Source of the DNA: an uncultured Chloroflexia bacterium
GTDB lineage: Bacteria > Chloroflexota > Chloroflexia > Thermomicrobiales > UBA6265
Direction: 5' to 3'
NCBI GenBank assembly: GCA_963724285.1
Contig: CAVRUD010000016.1
Coordinates: forward strand, 21,676-85,675
Length of the DNA stretch: 64,000 bases
A program made the position numbers and the translations under genes. How positions within the stretch are numbered: the stretch's first letter is position 1; each line of letters opens with the position of its first letter. Shown piece after piece: positions 47,296 through 58,405 of this stretch. The notes under the pieces are model-generated. The model saw only the letters and a program-made list of their open reading frames with translations. It was not told the origin of the DNA and did no database searches.

Positions 47296-48942
47296 CTAAA
47301 CGAGACCGTGTTCGATGGCGAAGGCGGTGGCCGCCGCCCGCGACGAGAGGCCGAGCTTGACGAAGATGTTGCTCACATGGCGGTCGACCGTCCGTTCGCT
47401 GAGGAAGAGGTCGGTAGCGATGGCGCGGTTCGTCTTGCCCGCCGCCACGAGGCGAAGCACCTCTACCTCACGCTCGGTTAGCCCGCCCGCCGCCTTCGGC
47501 GCCTCCTCCCGGATGAGTGCCTCGACCTGGATCACGTCAGGCACCGCGCCAAGCTGCCGGAAGACCCAGCGCGCCGCGTCCAGTTCCATCGCCGCCGTGT
47601 CTCGATCGCCGAGGGCGCGGTAGGCGAGGCCGATCAGTACCCGGGCACGCGCGGCATCGTAGGGCGCTTTCAATTCCTGCCGAGCCGTCCATGCCCGGCG
47701 CAGCGCTTCGACGGCAGCGCTGGCATCGCCCTCGGCGAGGAGCACCGCGCCCGTCGCGTGGGCCGCGACCGCACGCAGGAGCGGCGCGTCGAAGTCGGCC
47801 GAGATCCCGGTCAATTCGTCGGCGGCGGCGCGGGCCGCCGGCACGTCACCCACCGCGAGCATGATCTCGGCGTGGGCGGCGAGCACCTTGGCGCGGGACA
47901 GGCGATCCTGTACTTCCTCAACCGCGCGCCGCATTGCCGCCGCCGCGGTGTCACTTTGCCCCTGAGCGAGGCGCAGCAGCGCTAATCCCGGCTGTGGCGT
48001 GCACCCGAATTGGCTCGCCCGGCGGTACGCCTGCTCGGCCTTGGAGAATTCGCCACGCAGCCGGTGGAGTTCCGCCCGCCGGTAGAACGCCGGTCCAGTC
48101 GCCGGGCCAGGAGGCTTGGAGAGCCACTCGCATGCCCGCCGCGATTCCTCCAGGGCATCCGACCACGCTCCGTGCAGTTGCATGATCTCGGCCCGGTAGA
48201 CCAAACACTGCCCACGGTAGGGCACGAGGTCCGGCTGCGATGCACACCAGTGGCTGAGCGCCGCCGTCCACTCACGCGCCCGGCGCAACTCGAAGACCTC
48301 TTCGCACGCATCGAGCACGCTGCAGTAGGTCGCTCCAACGAGGATCGGCGACACCTTGTCAGTTGTGACCGCAACCATTACCTCGTCGAGCAATGCCAAG
48401 CCTTCCGTCATCCTTCCCAACCGGATCTGCACCCGCCCCATTCCGGTGCGGGCCAACGTCAGGAGATCTAGATCCCGGAATCGCTCGCCAATTGCGGCGG
48501 CCTGACCAAAATTGACGTATGCAGTCGCGAAGTCACCTCCGGAAAAGCGATCGATCCCGGCGGGTATCAGGAAATAGCCCTGCTCTGCGCAATCGAGGTG
48601 CTCATCGTCGAGCAGGCGTCGGGCGCGGGCGAGCCAGCCGCTGCCGCGGGCGACTTCGCCCCGGTTAATGAGGCAAAAGGCCAGCCAGAACGCACATTGA
48701 GCAGCGCGAGCGACATCGCCCGCCTGGAGACATGCCTGGTGCGCGCGCTCCCAGGCATCGGCGCTTTCGTCGTCTCGACCGACCAGATACGCGGCTACTG
48801 CGAGGCGTTCAAGGTCCTCGGAACCCAGCGGCGTTTTGCGACCAGCGGCCGACAGCAGGTCGTATGCGTTGCCCCAGGCACGCTGCGCGAACGCCGCGCG
48901 GCCTTGCTCCACCGCTTCGAATGCGCCGACATGCTCTTCCAC
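47296..48942 (-). CDS. LuxR-family transcriptional regulator with TPR-like N-terminal region
   Basis: C-terminal LTEREVEVLRLVAAGKTNRAIATDLFLSERTVDRHVSNIFVKLG. Confidence 0.85.
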   Translation of the reverse strand: MEEHVGAFEAVEQGRAAFAQRAWGNAYDLLSAAGRKTPLGSEDLERLAVAAYLVGRDDESADAWERAHQACLQAGDVARAAQCAFWLAFCLINRGEVARGSGWLARARRLLDDEHLDCAEQGYFLIPAGIDRFSGGDFATAYVNFGQAAAIGERFRDLDLLTLARTGMGRVQIRLGRMTEGLALLDEVMVAVTTDKVSPILVGATYCSVLDACEEVFELRRAREWTAALSHWCASQPDLVPYRGQCLVYRAEIMQLHGAWSDALEESRRACEWLSKPPGPATGPAFYRRAELHRLRGEFSKAEQAYRRASQFGCTPQPGLALLRLAQGQSDTAAAAMRRAVEEVQDRLSRAKVLAAHAEIMLAVGDVPAARAAADELTGISADFDAPLLRAVAAHATGAVLLAEGDASAAVEALRRAWTARQELKAPYDAARARVLIGLAYRALGDRDTAAMELDAARWVFRQLGAVPDVIQVEALIREEAPKAAGGLTEREVEVLRLVAAGKTNRAIATDLFLSERTVDRHVSNIFVKLGLSSRAAATAFAIEHGLV

Positions 48943-48984
48943 AACCAGGGACCAATGTCGTCATAGCCAGCGTCCACGTAGTCC

Positions 48985-49025
48985 GAGGACGGTGCCGACA
49001 CTGTAACAGTGTCGGCACCGTCCTC
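48985..49025. promoter_or_regulatory. perfect 19-bp-arm palindrome in a divergent promoter region
   Basis: GAGGACGGTGCCGACACTG taa CAGTGTCGGCACCGTCCTC, 43 bp upstream of the LuxR-family start. Confidence 0.4.
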
Positions 49026-49221
49026 CAATGCGGCCCTGCCCGACCAAGCTCGGCCGGCGACTTCACGCCGACCCTCGTCCGCACGAACCCGTCCATCGCC
49101 TCCTGAATGTCACGCAACGTCGCTAGGTGCACCGAAAGCCCATAACATGAGAGCAATAACGAACACCGAGGCGGGTCGTAGTTGGAGATACTCAGTGGCG
49201 TCGAGAGGGGAGTGACGGGCG

Positions 49222-50196
49222 ATGCGTGACGTGACGGTGTTTAGTGGCAACGCCCATCCGGGCCTGGCGGCGGAGATCTGCCAGCATCTCGGCGTGCCGG
49301 TCAGTCCGACCACGATTCGGCACTTCGGAAACGGCTGTCTCCAGGTACAACTCAACGCGAACTGCCGCCAGAACGACGTCTTCATCGTCCAGCCGCTGGC
49401 TCCCCCGGTTCACGACCACCTGATGGAGCTGCTGCTCATGCTGGACGCGGCACGTGGCGCCTCCGCCGCGCGGGTGACGGCGGTCGTGCCGTACTACTCC
49501 TACGCGCGCTCGGACAAGAAGGACGCGCCGCGAATCTCGATCGCGGCCCGGCTGGTTGCCGATCTGCTCGCCACCTCGGGCGCGAACCGGGTGCTGACGA
49601 TGGCGTTGCACTCCCCCCAGGTGCACGGATTCTTCAGCGTGCCCGTGGATCACCTCAACGCCCTGGGACCCCTCGCCAACCACTTTGCGGACCGGGACCT
49701 GACGAACACCGTCGTGGTCTCGCCCGATCTGGGCAACGCGAAGTCGGCGACGCAATTCGCGCGCATGCTGGGCCTTCCGGTGGCGGCGGGGAGCAAGCAG
49801 CGGATCGACGACGAAACCGTCGTCATCGACGCGATCGTGGGCGACGTCGAAGGCCGGGACATCATCGTCCTCGACGACGAGATCGCGACCGGCGGCACCA
49901 TCTTCGAGCTCTTGCAACGGCTGCGGGAACGCCGCGCGGGACGCGTCTCGATTGCCTGCACCCACGGGTTGTTCATTGGGAACGCAATCGAGCGCCTGCG
50001 ACAGGAGCCGGACGTGCGCGAGGTGGTGCGGACGAATACGGTCCCGCTCGCGGAAGACCGGCACCTGGACCAGATGTACACCTGCTCGATCGCACCGTTG
50101 TTCGCGGAGGCGATCCGCCGCACCCACGTCGGCGAGTCGATCAGCAGCCTGTTCGCGGCGGATTCACGGGTCGCTGGACGTGGCTTGGCGGTGTAA
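49222..50196 (+). CDS. prs: ribose-phosphate pyrophosphokinase
   Basis: VFSGNAHPGLAAEIC...VVPYYSYARSDKK...VVSPDLGN...VLDDEIATGGT. Confidence 0.9.
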   Translation: MRDVTVFSGNAHPGLAAEICQHLGVPVSPTTIRHFGNGCLQVQLNANCRQNDVFIVQPLAPPVHDHLMELLLMLDAARGASAARVTAVVPYYSYARSDKKDAPRISIAARLVADLLATSGANRVLTMALHSPQVHGFFSVPVDHLNALGPLANHFADRDLTNTVVVSPDLGNAKSATQFARMLGLPVAAGSKQRIDDETVVIDAIVGDVEGRDIIVLDDEIATGGTIFELLQRLRERRAGRVSIACTHGLFIGNAIERLRQEPDVREVVRTNTVPLAEDRHLDQMYTCSIAPLFAEAIRRTHVGESISSLFAADSRVAGRGLAV

Positions 50197-50215
50197 GGGA
50201 GACAGCCGGATCTCC

Positions 50216-51730
50216 ATGGTGCGCGGCGATAGATCGGCCTGGGCGGCCGAATCCGACGAATTCGCCTTCCTCGACGCGACCGCCCAGGCCGACCTGGTCC
50301 GGCGCGGGCAGGTCCATCCCCGCGAATTGGTCGACGCGGCCATCTCCCGAATCGAGCGGCTCGATCCAGTCCTCAACGCCGTGATCACGCCCCTCTTCGA
50401 GCAGGCACGCGCTCAGGCGGAATCACCGACGTTGCCGGACGGCCCTTTTCGCGGAGTTCCGCTCTTACTCAAGGATTTTCTGTGCCAGACGGCGGGCGAT
50501 CCCTACTTCGAAGGGATGCGATTCCTGCGCGACCTCAACTGGCGCGCGGAGGCGGACACCCACCTTGCCACCAGGTTCCGAGCGGCCGGCTTTATCTTCC
50601 TCGGCAAGACAAATCTGCCGGAGTTGGCCGCCCTCGCGACGACAGAGCCGGTCGCCTTCGGCGCAACCCGCAATCCCTGGGATCTCGGACGTTCGCCTGG
50701 CGGATCGAGCGGCGGATCGGCGGCGGCCGTCGCGGCAGGCATGGTCCCCATCGCGCACGCCAACGATGGCTTCGGTTCGATCCGGATTCCCGCCTCCTGT
50801 TGCGGCCTGATCGGCCTGAAGCCCCCGCGGGGACGCGCCTCCCTCGGCCCAGAGCGAAATCCGGGGCCACTGGGCAACGTCGTCGAACACGTCCTCACCC
50901 GCTCGGTGCGCGATGCGGCCGCTGTGCTCGATGCGGTGGCCGGGTCGATGCCGGGGGATCTCTTCGTGGCTCCTCCGCCGGCACGGCCTTACCTGGCGGA
51001 GGTCGGCGTCGATCCCGGTCCCATACGCGTTGACCTGCTGCTCAATGACCCGTTTCTCGAGAAGCCGATCGACTCCGAATGTCTGACGGCGGTGGAGGAA
51101 ACGGGCCAGCTACTGGACGACCTTGGACATGCGGTCGAGGAGGCCGTCCCGCCGACCCTGACCGGGCCGACCGGTCTCGGGGAGGCGCTCGGGATCATCG
51201 CGGCCAGCGGAGCCGCCGCTCACCTCGACGGTTGGGCCGCGCGTACCGGTCTGCCGATTGGCCCAGACGATGTCGAGCCGCACGTTTGGAGAAGGGCAGA
51301 ACAAGGACGAGCATACACGGCGGTGCAGATCCACGCGGCGCTGCGGCGGCTGACGGCCGGAGTGATGCGGGCACCCGAATGGTGGGCAAGCGGATTCGAC
51401 CTCCTCATCACCCCGACCATGCAACAACCGCCGCCTCCCATCGGCTCGGCGCCTCCCGAGCGCCAGGGCGAGATCTTCGGCCTCGTCACGATGCCGTTCA
51501 GCGTAACCGGCCAGCCAGCCGTCTCCCTCCCGCTCCACTGGAGCCACGAAGGGCTGCCGATCGGCGTTCAACTCGTCGCCGACTACGGTCGCGAAGATGT
51601 CCTGATCCGGGTAGCAGCGCAGCTCGAAGCGGCCCGACCGTGGTCAGCGCGACGACCAACGTTCCGGCCCGTGGGAGAGCCCTTAGGGCACCGTCCACCT
51701 GCTCCGTCAGCCCAGCCCCGTGGGCGATGA
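50216..51730 (+). CDS. amidase
   Basis: Amidase signature [36 protein letters not shown]. Confidence 0.85.
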   Translation: MVRGDRSAWAAESDEFAFLDATAQADLVRRGQVHPRELVDAAISRIERLDPVLNAVITPLFEQARAQAESPTLPDGPFRGVPLLLKDFLCQTAGDPYFEGMRFLRDLNWRAEADTHLATRFRAAGFIFLGKTNLPELAALATTEPVAFGATRNPWDLGRSPGGSSGGSAAAVAAGMVPIAHANDGFGSIRIPASCCGLIGLKPPRGRASLGPERNPGPLGNVVEHVLTRSVRDAAAVLDAVAGSMPGDLFVAPPPARPYLAEVGVDPGPIRVDLLLNDPFLEKPIDSECLTAVEETGQLLDDLGHAVEEAVPPTLTGPTGLGEALGIIAASGAAAHLDGWAARTGLPIGPDDVEPHVWRRAEQGRAYTAVQIHAALRRLTAGVMRAPEWWASGFDLLITPTMQQPPPPIGSAPPERQGEIFGLVTMPFSVTGQPAVSLPLHWSHEGLPIGVQLVADYGREDVLIRVAAQLEAARPWSARRPTFRPVGEPLGHRPPAPSAQPRGR

Positions 51731-51740
51731 CGTACGTGCA

Positions 51741-52597
51741 TTATTCGTCGCGCGATGCCGCCGGACTCGGTTCCGCCCAGGAGTGTTTCCGCAGCGGTAG
51801 GATGGGTTGGATCTTGCCCCCGGCCGTCCGCTCGATGGGTTCGATGACGACGTCGACCGTAACCTCGTCGCCGAATCGTGCCGCAAACTTCCCCACGATG
51901 CGCACCCGCATCGTCTGGCGGTCGCCCTGCTGATCGGCCACGACTGCCACGCGGAAGTGGGACTCCGTTCGCTGGTCGACCTGACACTGCCAGATCTGCT
52001 CCTCGTCCGTGAAGCGTGTGCGGATCGCCTGCGGATGAACGATCCGCCCGGAGGGGAGTTCGATCGGGTCGGCGCTCCGCCCCAGCGGGTAGGAGAGGAG
52101 CGGCAACGACCGGCCGCGGGCGCACGGATCGAGGAGGAGGCAGGCGACGTCGCCGAGGCGGTAGTTGAGCAAGATCGTGGCGCGGTTGACGAGGTTGGAG
52201 ACGACCACGCCGCCGCGTTCACCCGGGCCTTAAAGTGCTGTGCGAACAGGTTGCCGCTGCCTGGACGGGACCGTCGCGGCGCTGTCAGGGCGTCGAGCTG
52301 GCGGGCGCAGCACCGACCGACGGTGGCAAGGGCCTGTGCCTGGGCCCGGATGTTGGCATTGCGCTGCACCTGCGCGGGCAGGCGGGGGCAGCGGCGGCGC
52401 CCTTCGCTGGCGACGCGGCCGAGCAGGCCCAGCGGCGCCAACGTCAGGCCCGCGCCCAGGGTCAGGGCCGGCTGCTGGCCGCCGGTGCGCACGACCGGCG
52501 GCAACGGGGCGGCCCGGACCGTGTCGCTCATGCCGTAGGCCGCGACCACGGCGGTCTCCGGGATGGGCCCCGGGCCGGGCCCCGGGCGGTCAAGCAC
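51741..52597 (-). pseudogene. phenylacetate-CoA ligase family (F390 synthetase-like) 5'-truncated and frameshifted remnant
   Basis: GERGGVVVSNLVNRATILLNYRLGD... in one frame (to about 52229). The upstream part AAYGMSDTV... is in another frame. About 285 aa remain against the roughly 430 expected. Confidence 0.5.
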
Positions 52598-52767
52598 CCC
52601 GCCCGTACCGCCCCGGAGCCGCCGACGTCCACATCCATGCCTGCCAGGCGTTTGGGCTCCGGGCCGACCCTCATACCCCCTGAAGGGGGTTGGAACGCCG
52701 GGGCGGTGTCCGGATCGCTCCGCCTCCGGCGCGCCTTTTCCAGCCGGTTTCAGCCGGGTTTGTGGAT

Positions 52768-52796
52768 GTAGCCCGGAATCTTCAGCCCCGGGCTAC
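52768..52796. repeat. GTAG-headed hairpin
   Basis: GTAGCCCGG aatcttcagcc CCGGGCTAC. Confidence 0.4.
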
Positions 52797-52859
52797 GCTT
52801 GGACGGCGCCTCGATCTCTCCCCGGCCCCACGCCTCGGTGCCAGTGAGGCCGGATCGGA

Positions 52860-53660
52860 TCACGCGCCGCCCGGCGCGGCCGCACGCACGGCCAGGAAGT
52901 CCTCCCAGGTGCGGCGGCCAACCGCCCGGTCTGGGGCCAGGTTCGCGCCAGCCCGAACAGCGCTGGCGGCCTTGCCGGGACCCGTGATCGGCAGGATCGG
53001 GCGGTGCTTACCAACGGCCCGGAGGTAGCCGCGGACCAGGTCCTTCATCTCGTACGCGCGCGGGCCACCCATGTCGGGCACCAGACCGGCAGGAGGGCCC
53101 AGCGCAAGATCCACCAGCCGGGCCGCCACCTCATCGGCGTCGATTGGCTGGAACCGGACCCCGGCAAAAGCCGGCACCACCGGCATCTTGGCCATCTGCC
53201 GCGCGGTCATGAAGACCAGATCGTGGAACTGGGTTGCGCGCAGGGTCGTCCAGGGGATGCCGGAGCCGGCCACGATCTGCTCCGCGAGCAACTTCGATCG
53301 GAAATAGCCAAACATCGCGCGGTCGATGCCGCTGACAACCGGAATTCGGTCGGCCCCGACGACCGAGATGTAGACCAGGTGACGCACCCCGGCCTGCGCC
53401 GCGGCATCCACAAGGTGGCGAGTCTTGGCCTCGTCGCCTTTGCTGCTGCCCGCGAGGTGGAGGACGATCTCGACGCCGGCGACGGCGACATCAATTCCCT
53501 CGCCGGTGGTGAGGTCGCCGGTCATGTACTCGACGCCGTCCTGTGGGTCGCCGGGGTGCCGGCTGAAGACGCGAACCTCGCGTCCGGCTTCACGAAGTCT
53601 CGGGACGACCAGCCGCCCCAGCGTCCCTGTGCCGCCGGTAACCAGAATCGGTGCTGCCAT
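52860..53660 (-). CDS. NAD(P)-binding SDR/NmrA-like oxidoreductase
   Basis: ILVTGGTGTLGRLVVPRLREAG. Confidence 0.85.
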   Translation of the reverse strand: MAAPILVTGGTGTLGRLVVPRLREAGREVRVFSRHPGDPQDGVEYMTGDLTTGEGIDVAVAGVEIVLHLAGSSKGDEAKTRHLVDAAAQAGVRHLVYISVVGADRIPVVSGIDRAMFGYFRSKLLAEQIVAGSGIPWTTLRATQFHDLVFMTARQMAKMPVVPAFAGVRFQPIDADEVAARLVDLALGPPAGLVPDMGGPRAYEMKDLVRGYLRAVGKHRPILPITGPGKAASAVRAGANLAPDRAVGRRTWEDFLAVRAAAPGGA

Positions 53661-53956
53661 GATGACCTCCTAGTTCCAGGTCTGGTTCGATCGCGAACGG
53701 CGAGTGTCGATGCGCACCGGCGGCGGGGAACCGGCACGCAACACGACGAGTACTGGTTGCCGCGCACGTCTATCGCGCGCTCTTATGGCCCAACGGGTGC
53801 GCCGCAGGCCGGGCGCCTGGGTCAGGCGAGGCAACAAGGTGGTGATGCGAGCATTCATCTGGGGACTCCGTGCTCCTTGTCACATCTGTCGGGTAGAAGG
53901 TGTCAGATCGTTGACGCGTCACTGAGAAGACACCTGGGAACGAGAGGATGTGACCG

Positions 53957-54876
53957 ATGGATGAGCGCGAGTGGCTGGCGGAACGGTTCGAGGAGCACCG
54001 GCCCCGCCTGCGGGCGGTGGCCTATCGGATGCTCGGCTCGCTTGCCGAAGCCGATGATGCCGTCCAGGACAGCTGGCTGCGCCTGAACCAGTCCAGCAAG
54101 ACCGGGGCGGAGGAGATCGACAACCTGGGCGGGTGGCTGACGACGGTTGTCGCCCGCGTCTGCCTGAACATGCTGCGGGCGCGAAATATCCGGCGCGAAG
54201 AGGCCTTCGGGGTCCACATCCCCGATCCCGTCATCAGCCATGCGGGTGGGCTCCAGCCCGAGGAAGAGGTGCTGCTGGCGGACTCCGTTGGCCTGGCCAT
54301 GCTGGTCGTGCTGGATACTCTCTCCCCGGCGGAGCGGCTGGCGTTCGTGCTGCACGACACGTTCGGGCTGCCGTTCGAGGAGATCGCCCCGATGGTCGGC
54401 CGCTCCCCAGCGGCGGCGCGGCAACTGGCCAGCCGGGCGCGGCGCCGGGTCCGCGGGGCCGAGGTACCGGCACCCGATCCCGATCTTGGCCGGCAACGGG
54501 AGGTGGTGGACGCGTTCTTTCAGGCAGCCCGCGGGGGCGACTTCGATGCCCTGGTCGCCGTCCTCCACCCCGATGTCGTTCTGCGCTCCGACTTTGGGGT
54601 CAAGAAAGCAGGGATATCGAAGGTCTTCCACGGCGCGGAGGCGGTCGCCAGGCAGTCCCTCCTCGGAGCGATCCCGGGGGCCGTCCTGCATCCCGCGCTG
54701 GTGAACGGCGCGGCGGGGGATGGTGATCACGGTCGAAGGGGCGGCCGTTCGCCGTGATGGGCTTTACCGTCACCGACGGCCAGATCGTCGCGATCGACGC
54801 GATCGCCGACCCGGAGCGGGTACGCCGGATTGTGGGTGTTGTGCTAGATGAGGACGACTCATCCGCATCGCGGTAG
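53957..54876 (+). CDS. ECF sigma-70 factor with SnoaL-like C-terminal domain (SigJ-like), 2 frameshifts (about 54728 and 54750)
   Basis: DAVQDSWLRL...LSPAERLAFVLHDTFGLPFEEIA. The C-terminus VITVEG / VMGFTVTDGQIVAIDAIADPERVRRI lies in two other frames, at G5 and G4 runs. Confidence 0.8.
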
Positions 54877-55003
54877 GGTATCGGGCGATGCATGCATCGC
54901 CCCTACGAAGGCAGGTTTGCCAACCAACAGGACATCCATGCGGGGGGTGCCTTCGCCTGATACGCGCCGGATTCCCGTGGTAGGGGCGATGCATGCATCG
55001 CCC
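54873..55003. repeat. two direct copies of a GTAG-associated perfect 20-bp palindrome
   Basis: GGGCGATGCATGCATCGCCC at 54883-54902 and 54984-55003. Each is followed by G(T/G)TTGCCAACCA. Confidence 0.75.
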
Positions 55004-55065
55004 GGTTGCCAACCATCAACGTACGGGTTGGGAACGTGGGAACGTGGGCGGCGTCGGGTTGAGAC

Positions 55066-56236
55066 CTATCCCCAGTCCACCGCCAAGTCCCCACCGCGGC
55101 AGGTTGCCAGCCGTTCCGCCTCTGCCTCAATTCCGGCACGAACCGTCTTCACCAGCGGTTTGAACGGCGCCACCTCGACCCGCAGGCGTTTACCAGTCCG
55201 TTCGTGGCTCCAGGTGCCCACCATCCGGCCGTCGAGCAGCACGACAGGTGACAGCCAGCCCTGAGGGCGGTAGACACGAGCCTTGAATGCCTTGGGCAGG
55301 ACGACGTCGACGTCACGGGGGGCGGCGACGGTGTAGTGGTCGAAGGCGGGCAGGAGGTTGACGACGCCGGTCGGTTTGGCGGTCTGGATTGCCTCCAGTT
55401 CGGAGGCGAGGTGCCAGACCCGCTCCCCGTCGATCTCCACCGGGACGATCTCGTCGCCGAGGGCCTCGATCGCCTTGCCGGCCGGGGTGGGAGATGCCAT
55501 CCCGAACCAGCGGACGAAACCGGCCCGGGTGGCCGGCCCGTAGACCGCGAGGTAGCGGCGCAGCACCTCGGCCATGGCGGCGCCGGGGTGCTGGGCGGGG
55601 TGGAGCGGCCAGTCCGGCAGCCACCGGTCCGGGCGGACAAACCGGACGCGCTGGCCCTCGTTTGGGGCGAAGCAGAGGTCGCCACTGCATCGCGGACGGC
55701 TTGAGCAGTTCCCCAAAGCCCCGGCGCAACTTCTCCGCCAGGTGGCCGACGCCGCTCAGGCGGGCGACCTCGTCGGCCAATTCTTCCCGGGTGAGGGGAT
55801 CGCCGGTGAGGGCCTCCGGGATCGCGGCCAGCATGGCATCCGCCTCGTCTTTGGAAACGCCGTAGAAACGCTGCCACGCCCCGGCGTGGTGGCGGGGCTT
55901 GAGCGACTGCTGGGCGGCGACGTAGAGCGGCAGATCGGCGGCGGGGAGCACGTGGAGGGTGCCCCGCATCGCCCAGGTTTTCACCAGGGTGCGGTCCTCC
56001 CACAGGGCGTGCGCGACCGCATCCGCCATGAAGTTTGTCGTCCTGGCCCAGAGCGTCTGCTCGGCGGAGGAGAGCACCTGGGCGTGGAGCCCGCAGATCC
56101 TAGAGGTTATGCCGAGCATCGTCGTCGCAGGGGCTGGCGAAGCAAGCCCCTGCTGCGTCGTACGCCAGGCCAGGACCTGCTCCCAGGTGAGACGGGCGGC
56201 GGGAGGCAGGTCTTTCGCGGTGCGCTTACCGGTCAT
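55066..56236 (-). CDS. winged-helix DNA glycosylase-like protein (AlkZ/YcaQ, DUF1006), frameshift near 55685
   Basis: LVKTWAMRGTLHVLPAADL; second frame GDLCFAPNEGQRVRFVRPDRW...LPAFDHY. Confidence 0.75.
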
Positions 56237-56817
56237 CGCCTCGGATCGTCCGAGCGGCGGCCGTCCAGCCAGGCGCGCAGGACAGCCGTGTGGGCGGCGT
56301 AGTGCTCGTCGGCGTACGAGGAGATAAGTTGGCCTAACGGCCAGTCCGGCTCGCCCTCACGAGCGGGACGGACATGGGCGACATGGATGTGCTCGGCGAA
56401 GGTGTACGGCCGATCCAGTTCGCTTTCGGGCAAGGCGGCGACCGCTTCCTCCAGGGCATCGGCCCAGCGCGGCGCGTTCGCCTGCACCTCGTCGAGGGAG
56501 CGATGCCGGTCGACGGCCTCGTGGCGCCAGGCGTTGCGCTGGTCCTGATCGCTCAGGTCGACATCGGGCGGCGGAACCTGCTCGTGGCCGTAGCACTCCT
56601 CCACGGTCGGCAGGTCGCCGCGCATTACCGCCCGCAGTTGGCCCGTCATCCAGCGGCTATCGGCGGTAAGGTGGGCGATGACGTCCTTCGTCGCCCATTC
56701 ACCTTCCGCGAACGGCTCGGTCAGGCGGTCGTCCGGAACCTCGGCCACGGCCGTCTCCCACGCCACCCGCGCCGCGCGAATCCGCCCCAGCAACGCGTCC
56801 TTGCGTTTATCGACCAT
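56233..56817 (-). CDS. DinB-superfamily four-helix-bundle protein
   Basis: EWATKDVIAHLTADSRWMTGQL. ATGA overlap with the downstream AlkZ-like gene. Confidence 0.6.
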   Translation of the reverse strand: MVDKRKDALLGRIRAARVAWETAVAEVPDDRLTEPFAEGEWATKDVIAHLTADSRWMTGQLRAVMRGDLPTVEECYGHEQVPPPDVDLSDQDQRNAWRHEAVDRHRSLDEVQANAPRWADALEEAVAALPESELDRPYTFAEHIHVAHVRPAREGEPDWPLGQLISSYADEHYAAHTAVLRAWLDGRRSDDPRR

Positions 56818-57337
56818 CGTCCTGACTCCTTCCCGTCTTCCCGTCTTCCCGCCTCCCCGCCTCCGGCAGCGGCGGCGGCCGCCGCGCCATCGGCGACGAC
56901 TGGACGATCGAGGTCGTCGTCACGCCGTAGAGCAGGAAACGGTCCAGCAGCAGATCGAGCTGATCCATGGCCGGGAAGTGGATCAGCATGACGAAGCAAT
57001 CGTCGCCGGTCACGCGGTGGCACTCGACGACCTCGGGGATGCTCCGGGCCAGCTCCGCCACCCGTGTCAGTTGTCCCGGGTTCGGCCGGATCCGGACGAA
57101 CGCCGAGAGGGGCAACCCCAGCGCGGCAGGATCAAGATCGAGCGCATAGCCGCGGATGATCCCGGCCTCCTCCATCCGGCGGACGCGCTCCGTCACGGCC
57201 GGGGCGGACATCCCCACCCGCCGGGCCAACTCCGCCATCGTCAGACGGGGATCGTCGCGGAGGGCATCCAGCAGGCGGCGATTGGTAGCGTCCAGCAGGC
57301 CATGGGGAGGGCCATAGCTGAAAACCGGATCTGACAT
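56807..57337 (-). CDS. Lrp/AsnC family transcriptional regulator
   Basis: LLDATNRRLLDALRDDPRLTMAELARRVGMSAPAVTERVRRMEEAGIIRGY. Confidence 0.85.
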   Translation of the reverse strand: MSDPVFSYGPPHGLLDATNRRLLDALRDDPRLTMAELARRVGMSAPAVTERVRRMEEAGIIRGYALDLDPAALGLPLSAFVRIRPNPGQLTRVAELARSIPEVVECHRVTGDDCFVMLIHFPAMDQLDLLLDRFLLYGVTTTSIVQSSPMARRPPPLPEAGRREDGKTGRSQDDGR

Positions 57338-57414
57338 TGGATCTCCAGGCGCTTGTTGCCTACCGCTTTCGTATTGCCATGTACGGAGACACTTCGGCAT
57401 CCTAGCATGGCGGC

Positions 57415-58405
57415 ATGGCGAACGCTCCGCACGATTCCGCCCATCACTGGGGAACCGTTCAACCAGCGCCTCCTCCCCCTGCCGTAGCGTCGAACCCGGA
57501 TCTACCCGCTGGCCTCGCCCGCCGGTCCCCTCTGCCGCACCGGATCGATGCCACCCTTCCGCCCCACGCCTACTTTCTGATCAGCGCGGTCTTCCATTAC
57601 CTGGGGCCGGCGTTCGCCGTGCTGCTCTTTGCCGAGGTCGATGTCCTCGGGGTGGCCTGGCTCCGGATTGCGACCGCGACCGTGATCTTCGCCGTCTGGC
57701 GAAGGCCGTGGCGCCTCCTGGGGGGCAATCCCCGGCCCGATCTCCGGTTGATCGGCGCCCTGGGGTTGGTGCTGGGGGCGATGAACGCGGTCTTCTACCT
57801 CGCCCTCGACCGGTTGCCGCTGGGGACGGTCGGCGCGATCGAGTTCCTGGGGCCGATCGCATTGGCGGCGAGCGCGACCCGGAGCGGGCGCAACCTCGCC
57901 GCCCTGGGCCTGGCGGTTGCTCGGGGTCGGGCTGCTGGCGGACGTGCGGCTGGCGGGAGAGCCGTTCGGGTTCGTGCTGGCGGGGATCAACGCCGCCCTG
58001 TTCGTGCTCTACGTCGTCCTGGGCCATCGCGCCGCCCGGTCGGGAATGGGCGGAATCGACTGCCTGGCGGCGGCGATGCTGGTGGCGATGGTCGCCGTCT
58101 CCCCGGTCGGGTTCAGCGCGGCGATGCCCGCCTTCGCCCGGCCGGAACTGCTTCTGGCCGGGATCGGCGTGGGTATCTGCTCCTCGGTGATTCCCTACGT
58201 GAGCGATCAACTGGCGATGGCCCGCCTCTCGCGTGGCACCTTCGCCTTTTTGCTCGCCCTGTTGCCGGCCTGCGCCACGGCCATCGGCGTCGTCGTGCTC
58301 CGCCAGTTCCCATCGCTCCCGGAGATCGCCGGGGTGGGCCTCATCGTCGCCGGGGTAGCACTCCGTCGGGAGCCCAGCCAGAGCGGCGTAGCGCCTGATC
58401 GGTAG
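57415..58405 (+). CDS. EamA/DMT family transporter, frameshift near 57917
   Basis: LGAMNAVFYLALDRLPLGTVGAIEFLGPI, then in another frame LLGVGLLADVRLAGEPFGFVLAG...IPYVSDQLAMARL. Confidence 0.75.
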
